Shown piece after piece: positions 7,950-13,971 of a stretch of DNA of 25,500 bases. The position numbers and the translations under genes are program-made. The notes under the pieces were generated by a model. It ran no database searches. It was not told the DNA's origin and was given only the letters and a program-made list of their open reading frames with translations. The stretch covers positions 1-25,500 of the forward strand of contig JAUSNF010000014.1 in assembly GCA_030646255.1 (NCBI GenBank). The letters run 5' to 3'. Numbering within the stretch: the first letter of the stretch is position 1; each line of letters opens with the position of its first letter. The stretch is from Candidatus Burarchaeum sp. Its GTDB lineage: Archaea > Micrarchaeota > Micrarchaeia > Burarchaeales > Burarchaeaceae.

Positions 7950-8487
7950 ATTTGAGCTGCCTGGTTTTCTTGCCTTTCAGGAATGAAAGGAGCTCGGTGC
8001 GGGAGGTGAAGAGAAGGGGCACGAGCTTGAGGCGCGTGCGCTCGTGGAAGGAGAGAATGAGGGGCTCGGGAGAGTAGGTTTTGGGTGCAAGGAAGGCGAG
8101 GTCGATGTCGCTCTCGGGCTTCTCCTCCCCGCGCGCAGTGCTGCCGAAGAGGTGGGCCTCCTTTATTTCTTTCTCGTTTGCAAGGAGGCGCTTGAGCGTT
8201 GGGAGGCTTACTTGGTGGGAGGAAGGAAAGGAGATGAGTTTGTTAAGACGTGAGAAGAGGGGGCTTTTGCGCAGCTCAATGACGCGCGCCCTGCCTATAG
8301 TGCTTACATCTATCAGGCCGGCACGCCGCCAGAGCTCGACTGCACGCCAGGTTGATGCAAAAGGCACTTTCGCAGTGAGCGAGAGCTCGCGTATAGTGAA
8401 TTTGCGGTTCGGGAAGCGGCGCAGGGTCAGGAGGAGCTCCTGGCTGCCCTTGAAGCGCACAAGGTCTACGAGGTTCATATGATCCAC
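7948..8487 (-). CDS. Winged-HTH plus minimal nucleotidyltransferase (MNT) protein, the putative antitoxin/regulator of the HEPN protein.
   Basis: 'HLFGSTARGEEKPESDIDLAFL' is the GS-x(9-13)-DxD NTase motif. The N-terminal 'FTIRELSLTAKVPFASTWRAVELWRRAGLI' is wHTH-like. The start is GTG at 8487 or ATG at 8478. The TAG stop at 7948-7950 lies inside the left 20-bp inverted repeat. Confidence 0.75.
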   Translation of the reverse strand: MDHMNLVDLVRFKGSQELLLTLRRFPNRKFTIRELSLTAKVPFASTWRAVELWRRAGLIDVSTIGRARVIELRKSPLFSRLNKLISFPSSHQVSLPTLKRLLANEKEIKEAHLFGSTARGEEKPESDIDLAFLAPKTYSPEPLILSFHERTRLKLVPLLFTSRTELLSFLKGKKTRQLK

Positions 8488-8520
8488 TTCTGGATAATAT
8501 GATCCAAAGTTGGATAATAT
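8476..8520 (-). promoter_or_regulatory. Operator-like repeat array overlapping the MNT start. It has 2 copies of ATATGATCCA and 2 copies of TGGATAATAT, which together form the imperfect palindrome TGGATAATATGATCCA.
   Basis: ATATGATCCA is at 8477-8486 and 8497-8506. TGGATAATAT is at 8491-8500 and 8511-8520. Read on the minus strand, a TATA-like TTTATATTATCC lies upstream. Confidence 0.5.
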
Positions 8521-8536
8521 AAAGGTTTCGCCTTCA

Positions 8537-8556
8537 AGTCACCCGCTCCCCACCCT
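8537..8556. repeat. Right copy of the perfect 20-bp inverted repeat flanking the wHTH-MNT gene.
   Basis: AGTCACCCGCTCCCCACCCT is the exact reverse complement of 7930-7949. The two copies delimit a 627-bp segment containing only the MNT gene and its 5' region. Confidence 0.85.
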
Positions 8557-8601
8557 CCCAGGGTTTATATGCGCAATTGGCGAGCTTTTGACGGGGATGA
8601 A

Positions 8602-8880
8602 ATGAAAATAACTGCGGAAGTTACGAAGCCGGAATTGGATGCGTTGGAACATTTGTGCATATGCATCCCTTTGTGCGAGAAGCATAAGCAGCTGGATCTA
8701 GATGCGCCGCCGAAGGATTGCAAGAAATGCGCCAAGATTGAGAGAGAATGGTGGGGGCATTCATTTGACCTATGGAGCAAGCTTACGACGGCATATCTGA
8801 GGGCGCTGGGAAAACCGCTGTTATGCCAGGATAAGAAAGGACGTTTATATGTTGCGAGGAGATGGGTGAAGAAGAAATAG
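8602..8880 (+). CDS. Small Cys-rich hypothetical protein, possibly zinc-binding.
   Basis: The ORF 8569..8880 contains 'HLCICIPLCEKHK...DCKKCAK'. The likely true start is the internal ATG at 8602 ('MKITAEV'), about 33 nt after the TATA-like GTTTATAT at 8562-8569. There is no recognisable family signature. Confidence 0.3.
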   Translation: MKITAEVTKPELDALEHLCICIPLCEKHKQLDLDAPPKDCKKCAKIEREWWGHSFDLWSKLTTAYLRALGKPLLCQDKKGRLYVARRWVKKK

Positions 8881-8922
8881 GTATTTATATGTTACCATAT
8901 AAGAAGTGTATAGGTGGTTATA

Positions 8923-9168
8923 ATGACTTATACGACTATTCAAGTGGAGAAGGAAACGCGGGAGAAGCTGGCGGACCTGAAGGAGTACAATAGGGAGACT
9001 TATGATGAGATTATCAGGAGGCTGGTGAAGGTGTTTGAAGTTGTGAGGGATGAAGAAGGGGAGCTGACAGAGGAAACTAGGAAGGCAATTGAGGAGGGGC
9101 TGAGGCAAGCTGATGGAAAGAAAGGCATGACCACAAAGCAGCTCCTGAAGAAACTTGGAGTGGAATGA
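8923..9168 (+). CDS. relB: RelB/CopG-like antitoxin, partner of the downstream RelE.
   Basis: The protein is small and acidic ('TIQVEKETREKLADLKEYNRETYDEIIRRLV'). A GGTGG lies 5 nt upstream of the ATG at 8923, and the listed ORF start at 8914 is an upstream GTG. The stop overlaps the RelE start within ATGA. A TATA 'TATTTATAT' is at 8882-8890. Confidence 0.6.
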   Translation: MTYTTIQVEKETREKLADLKEYNRETYDEIIRRLVKVFEVVRDEEGELTEETRKAIEEGLRQADGKKGMTTKQLLKKLGVE

Positions 9169-9422
9169 TGCCTTATGAACTTCTTTGGATGCCGAAGGCG
9201 CTGGATTCACTTAAGGGGCTAGATAATGAGAATATCAAGGGAATAACGAGAAAACTAGAAGAAGCAAGGGAATTTCCAAGGCATTTCTGTTCGAAGCTGA
9301 CAAACTCGCCGGCCAGCACAGTACGAATTGGAGATTACAGGATTTACGCCAGAGTAAAGGAGGCGGAGAAGATTATCGAAGTCGTGTACGTGGAGCACAG
9401 GAAGAAGGCGTACAAACCATAA
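9165..9422 (+). CDS. relE: RelE/ParE-family toxin.
   Basis: The 85-aa protein has 'YELLWMPKALDSLKGLD' and 'VRIGDYRIYARVKEAEKIIEVVYVEHRKKAY', the canonical RelE beta-sheet core and C-terminus. It overlaps the antitoxin by 4 nt. Confidence 0.8.
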   Translation: MMPYELLWMPKALDSLKGLDNENIKGITRKLEEAREFPRHFCSKLTNSPASTVRIGDYRIYARVKEAEKIIEVVYVEHRKKAYKP

Positions 9423-9480
9423 AAACGGATAAAAAGTGTTGTGGCACTAATTACGGCCTAAGGCGTTGTGAGGTTTTCAA

Positions 9481-10449
9481 ATGTCAAGCTTGAATGTTGT
9501 GGTACTGGGCGAGAAGCCTGAGGCTAGGGCAGCTGCGGCTGCAATGCTGGGCAAGAAGGGCTCGGCTGATGACCTGGCTTTCTATCATACGGCTGTGCAG
9601 GGCAAGATTGTGAGCGCGATTGACCCTGCGGCCTATCCTGCGAAGCTGTCGTGCATGATGCAGGCTCTAAATCTGGCTGACCATGCGCTTGTGCTCGCGG
9701 AGGAAGTTACACCGGTGCTGGGCGAGTGCATTGTGGCCCTGAATTTGATGGGGCTGAAGGCTGTTTTTGTCGGTGAGAATGAGCTGATTGGTAAATTGAT
9801 TGAGAATACGGGGCTGAAGGGCAGCAAGGTTTGCGCGAGCGTGGGCGAGGCAAGGGATTATTTGATGGGTTTGGAGAGCGGTGTGGGTGAGGAAGCAGAT
9901 GCCGCTGAGGCTGTTGCACTAATTGACCACTGCTTTGAAGTGAAGGGCATTGGTACTGTGGCATTGGGAATTGTGAGGCAGGGTGTTGTAAGAGTGCATG
10001 ATAAGATGAGGTCTGTGCCGCTGGGCAAGGAACTAGAGGTGAGAAGTATACAGATGAATGACCAGGATGTGAAGGAGGCTCACGCGGGCGACAGGCTGGG
10101 CATTGCGCTGAAGGGTGTGAAGGCTGAGGAGGTTGGAAGGGGCGAGGTTTTCTGCAAGTCGAATGAGGGTGCTGAGCCTGCTAAAATATTCAAGTGCGAG
10201 GTTGCGGCTGTGAAGTTTGCTAAGGCGCCGCTTGAGACTGGTGCGTACCATTTGAGTGCAGGATTGCAGTTTGAGCCTTGTAAGTTAGACTGCCAGGGTG
10301 CTGTGAAGCCGGGCACTTCTGCGCAGGCTAAGATAGGATGCGAGAGGATTATTGCGCTCGAGAAGAAGGGTAGGATGGTGCTGTGCAATTTGAATGCTAA
10401 GGGCGTGAGAGTTTTGGCAGGTGTGAAGCCTGGCGAAATAGTTGTGTAG
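9481..10449 (+). CDS. EF-Tu/aIF2-gamma-like protein with a degenerate (pseudo-GTPase) G domain and an intact EF-Tu domain II beta-barrel.
   Basis: The C-terminal 'IDHCFEVKGIGTVALGIVRQGVVRVHDKM...EVRSIQMNDQDVKEAHAGDRLGIALKGVKAEEVGRGEVFC' is a typical GTP_EFTU_D2. The N-terminus has only remnants of G1 ('VVVLGEKPEARAAAAAMLGKKGS'), G3 ('IDPAAYP' instead of DxPGH) and G4 ('FVGENEL' instead of NKxD). GAGGT lies 8 nt upstream of the ATG. Confidence 0.55.
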   Translation: MSSLNVVVLGEKPEARAAAAAMLGKKGSADDLAFYHTAVQGKIVSAIDPAAYPAKLSCMMQALNLADHALVLAEEVTPVLGECIVALNLMGLKAVFVGENELIGKLIENTGLKGSKVCASVGEARDYLMGLESGVGEEADAAEAVALIDHCFEVKGIGTVALGIVRQGVVRVHDKMRSVPLGKELEVRSIQMNDQDVKEAHAGDRLGIALKGVKAEEVGRGEVFCKSNEGAEPAKIFKCEVAAVKFAKAPLETGAYHLSAGLQFEPCKLDCQGAVKPGTSAQAKIGCERIIALEKKGRMVLCNLNAKGVRVLAGVKPGEIVV

Positions 10450-10500
10450 GTTTGGTGTGCTGGTTCTGGCGGTGCTGAAGCAGGCGAGATTGTTGTGTGA

Positions 10501-10941
10501 TCAGAATCTGGGCGAGTACGGCACGCGTTCATTTTTCTTCCAGTCGTAATTTTCCAGCTTCGATCCATAGAAGGGGTCTTGTGTGGCTTTGAATGCCAAA
10601 ACATGGGCATGTTCGCGGTCTTCCCTGAGCTTGGCCAATATGCGGGCCTTGAGCTTGGGTATTTCCCGTATGTTGCGCATGGCAATCTTGCGGGTCTGGT
10701 CTTCGTAAGTGGTTACGAGCGAGTGCATCGTCCTTCCCAACTGCTTGTCGCGGGGAGACTTGAGAATCAGTGCATGAACTCGCGTTATCTCGGAGAGCGT
10801 GAATGCGACGTCTGGGCGCGCGGGCTTCACGAAGAGGTCGCGCACGGGGCTGAGGAGCTTGCTGAAGAATACTACAAAGGCCGGGGGCCGAACTTCCGCG
10901 CGGGTAGCGTAAGGAATAGTCATTGTTCTTGCCATACCCAT
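10501..10941 (-). CDS. Conserved hypothetical protein (146 aa), co-transcribed with the upstream flavin reductase across a 9-nt gap.
   Basis: The ORF has protein-like composition and an ATG start. No family motif is recognisable from the sequence alone. Confidence 0.4.
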   Translation of the reverse strand: MGMARTMTIPYATRAEVRPPAFVVFFSKLLSPVRDLFVKPARPDVAFTLSEITRVHALILKSPRDKQLGRTMHSLVTTYEDQTRKIAMRNIREIPKLKARILAKLREDREHAHVLAFKATQDPFYGSKLENYDWKKNERVPYSPRF

Positions 10942-10950
10942 GTGATCGCC

Positions 10951-11520
10951 TCATTGTGTCTTTTTGTATTTCTCTGCAAGGACTTTTGTCTTGTCCATGA
11001 CTTCCTGGGGCGGGCGCGGAAGCTGCTCGCCGAGCTTGAAGTATTTGCCCTCGTGGTAGAGAAGCGCTGAGAGGGTCGGCTCTGCGGAGATTTCGAGAAC
11101 CTCGCCTATGAAAGCGAAGTGGTCGCCGAAGTTTTCGTGCTTGATGAGCTTGCACTCGGCATTCATGGCCACGCCTTTCAGCATGGGTGCGTTGATTTTC
11201 TTCCCGGTGTAGAATTCGCCGCCGAGCTCCTTCAAAAGCGAGATTTTGTCAACCTCTTTGCCTGTGTTGTTGCCCGCTGCACTGCAGAGCGAGGCCTGCG
11301 TGTCTGCGGCTAAATTCAGGCCGAACTCCTTTGACTTGAGTATGTTGTCTGCTGTTGCGTGCGCAGGGTTGATGTTAAGCTGCATAATGCTGGGAGTGTA
11401 GGAGATGTGGCGCGACCATTCGGCGCACATGATGTTCGGGCCCCAAGGTCCGTCGCTCGTTATCAGGCCTAGGGTTGAAGTGAATTTTCTTGTGCGCGCA
11501 TCATCCCAGGCAAGATCCAT
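10951..11520 (-). CDS. Flavin reductase-like protein (FMN-binding split-barrel, PF01613-like).
   Basis: 'STLGLITSDGPWGPNIMCAEWSRHISYTPSIM' matches the Flavin_Reduct signature (G.ITS.DG..N.M.A.W....S..P). A TATA 'TTTTTTAAA' lies about 26 nt upstream of the ATG, suggesting a leaderless transcript. Confidence 0.7.
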   Translation of the reverse strand: MDLAWDDARTRKFTSTLGLITSDGPWGPNIMCAEWSRHISYTPSIMQLNINPAHATADNILKSKEFGLNLAADTQASLCSAAGNNTGKEVDKISLLKELGGEFYTGKKINAPMLKGVAMNAECKLIKHENFGDHFAFIGEVLEISAEPTLSALLYHEGKYFKLGEQLPRPPQEVMDKTKVLAEKYKKTQ

Positions 11521-11539
11521 GCTATGCTATTGGCTGAGG

Positions 11540-11617
11540 GGTTTAAAAAATGAATGGAAAAAAATTGAAAAAAGAAAGAAAAAATAAAGGAAAAGAGCCG
11601 GCGCATTGGTGCGCCGG
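11540..11617 (-). terminator. GC-rich hairpin (CCGGCGCA-ttgg-TGCGCCGG) followed on the minus strand by a long T-rich tract. This is the likely terminator of the beta-propeller gene.
   Basis: The 8-bp stem is at 11598-11605 and 11610-11617. The plus strand is A-rich through 11540-11596, so the minus-strand RNA has oligo-U runs, which are the archaeal termination signal. Confidence 0.5.
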
Positions 11618-11643
11618 GCCGCTCATTGTTCAGCGCTCGCAGT

Positions 11644-13725
11644 TCAACCAGAGGGCGTTGTTGCGCCTGCACTTCCACTTGACCCGCTCCCGGAGCTGCC
11701 TCCTGAGCTAGAGGACTCGGCTGCGGGCATTGGTGGAAGTGTCCCATCTGTCATCATGTCGCCGCCGTAATAGCGGTAGTCATAGCCGCCCTTCAGGTCC
11801 TCGCGCGATATTTCAGAGTAGTCGGCGAATGAGAAGGCCGCGACATCGGTGCTCGTCACCACGTAGAGGTACTCGTCCGCATACACGTTGCGCTGCGCAT
11901 TCTCGTCCAGTATTTTCTTCAGCGCAATGCTGTTGCCGGTCACGCTGAACACATAGTCCTTGCCCCCGATGGGCGCGATTACGAGCTGCTTGCCCGGGTG
12001 GTAGACGAATGCGTGCGGATTGTAGAGCGCATCGCTCCAGTACTCATCGAGCTTGTACGTGTCGAGCTCCTTTGGCTCTGCGGGGTTCGAGATGTCAAAG
12101 AGCGAGAGCTTTATCTTGCCGCTGTCCTGCCCGATGCCCACCAGCTTGCCATCACCCACAGGGTGCAGGTAAGTGGAGAAGCCGGGCACTTTCAGCTCGC
12201 CGGCTATTTTCGGATTGGCCGGGTCTGAGAGGTCCATCACGAAGAGCGGGTCGGTCTGCCTGAAGGTTACGACATAGCCTGTGGCGCCCATGAAGCGCAC
12301 TGCATAGATGCGCTCGCCTTCAGCCATTCCAACTATCATGCCCTTCTTCGTCATGTCGGTGCCTAGCACTACAACGCCGTTCTCGGCGCTGTCCCACCTT
12401 CCATAGGTAACTGCCGCGCGCAGGTCGCCGTTGTACTCATCCAGCGCATACTGGCTGAGCAGGTGGCCTGGCACCTTGCCTGTTGCCTGCATGCTGACCT
12501 GTCCCTGCCCGCTGTAGCTCATCTTGACTATGCCAGTGTACTCGAGCCTCTCGGGGTCTTCGCGTATGTAGGCTGTCAGGCCGTCTGAGAGCTCGTTGGC
12601 AAAGTTGGCTAATTGCTCAGGTGTGAGGGTTGCGAACCATTTCGAAAGCGCGAGAGAGGACTCGACTGCCTTCGCTTCGTCGGAAATGTCGAGGCCGTTC
12701 ACATAAGTGAGGCGCTTGTATATTTCGTTCGGTATGAGGGACTTGCCGCCGGCGAGCAGATAGTTCATGGTTACGGTTGTCTCGGATTTCTGCTCGGGCA
12801 TGCCGACATAGATGTTGTCCTCCGACATGTAGAGCGTTGCGCTGTAGGGGCCGGTGAATGCTTCAGCATCTATAACCTCGCCGGTCTGCGCATTGAGCGA
12901 GATTACCTCGTAGAATACCTGCGAGCTTACGCCCTGCGGTATGTAGATGCTCGTGTATGGAATTTCGACTGGCATGCACTTGGTGCCGCTGCCGCACACT
13001 TCCATCGGCATGGGCTTATAGTATGGCGTCTGCGGGTACTGCTGCATCACGAGGTAGATTATGCCGTCCTTCATGCGCGAGTCAAGGTAGGTGGAGTTGA
13101 GGTTCACGTGCCAGACCTCGTCGCCGTTGGCCTTGCTGAATGCGTCTATCCTGTCATAGGAGATTGCAATTACTGCATCCTTGTATTCATAGAGCCCGTT
13201 CCCGTAGTTGCGCAGCTCGTCAGTCTGGTATCTTTTCATGTCCTCGGGCGGGAAGATATTGAGGAAATTGACAGTCTTGCCGTTGAGCACATAGAGCTTC
13301 TTGCCTGTCGCGCTGTCGAGCTTCACGTTGTCGAGTTCGTCCACGCCCACAACCTGTACATTAGTCTGTGAGTAGTCTGTTGGGCCTGTGGATTGCTTCG
13401 CGCCGTCCGTTATGCCGGCGGCAGTTTGTGCGGGTGCGCCGCTTTCAGTCACTATTCCAAAGTCCATTCCGGTTGTCGTGCGTATTCCACCATTGAACCC
13501 TCCGCCGTAGTAATTGCCTGAGAGCGCGGACTTGAGGAATGCATTCTCAACGTCCTCCTTGCCCTGCGCCTGCTTGAGTGTAAATGAGCCTGTGCCTACT
13601 ATGCTTGGGCCGGTGCCTGGTCCGGTTCCTGGGCCTGTACCCGGGGGAGTAGGAGAAAGACCTGGGCAGCCCGCTATGAGCAGCAAGCTGAATATTAGAG
13701 CAATCATGATCTTCGTGTTGTCCAT
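11644..13725 (-). CDS. Secreted or lipid-anchored beta-propeller-domain protein (COG4880-like) with a signal peptide, a lipobox-like LIAGC and a (PGTG)x3 linker.
   Basis: The true start is the ATG at 13725 ('MDNTKIMIALIFSLLLIAGCPG') with a GGTGG 6 nt upstream. The 1025-aa six-frame ORF continues upstream through the divergent promoter and into the glyS antisense, so it is artefactual. The protein is Tyr/Gly/Thr/Asp-rich and beta-rich, with a Ser/Gly-rich C-terminal tail. Confidence 0.65.
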   Translation of the reverse strand: MDNTKIMIALIFSLLLIAGCPGLSPTPPGTGPGTGPGTGPSIVGTGSFTLKQAQGKEDVENAFLKSALSGNYYGGGFNGGIRTTTGMDFGIVTESGAPAQTAAGITDGAKQSTGPTDYSQTNVQVVGVDELDNVKLDSATGKKLYVLNGKTVNFLNIFPPEDMKRYQTDELRNYGNGLYEYKDAVIAISYDRIDAFSKANGDEVWHVNLNSTYLDSRMKDGIIYLVMQQYPQTPYYKPMPMEVCGSGTKCMPVEIPYTSIYIPQGVSSQVFYEVISLNAQTGEVIDAEAFTGPYSATLYMSEDNIYVGMPEQKSETTVTMNYLLAGGKSLIPNEIYKRLTYVNGLDISDEAKAVESSLALSKWFATLTPEQLANFANELSDGLTAYIREDPERLEYTGIVKMSYSGQGQVSMQATGKVPGHLLSQYALDEYNGDLRAAVTYGRWDSAENGVVVLGTDMTKKGMIVGMAEGERIYAVRFMGATGYVVTFRQTDPLFVMDLSDPANPKIAGELKVPGFSTYLHPVGDGKLVGIGQDSGKIKLSLFDISNPAEPKELDTYKLDEYWSDALYNPHAFVYHPGKQLVIAPIGGKDYVFSVTGNSIALKKILDENAQRNVYADEYLYVVTSTDVAAFSFADYSEISREDLKGGYDYRYYGGDMMTDGTLPPMPAAESSSSGGSSGSGSSGSAGATTPSG

Positions 13726-13879
13726 CAATACCACCTCGGCCTGTGCTAGGCTATTGACCCGAGCTATTAAAAAAGGGTAGGCGATGGTGCGGTGAAAACC
13801 GAAGGATTCGGGGGCGAGGGAAAGCATGCTCGACGAGCTGTGGGCGAGGGCAGACATTCTGCCACGCAGAATGATGTCC

Positions 13880-13900
13880 CTTTCCGCAAAAGGCGGAAAG
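13880..13900. promoter_or_regulatory. Perfect 8-bp inverted repeat CTTTCCGC-aaaag-GCGGAAAG in the divergent intergenic region between the beta-propeller gene and glyS. It is a candidate regulator-binding site.
   Basis: The palindrome can be read directly from the sequence. It lies about 30 nt upstream of the glyS TATA (CTTTTTAATTTAT, 13928-13940). Confidence 0.35.
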
Positions 13901-13971
13901 AGGACGGGCAGGCGCGCACCATGAACGCTTTTTAATTTATGGCGTGAAGTGAAGGCAAACGGGGAATTGAA

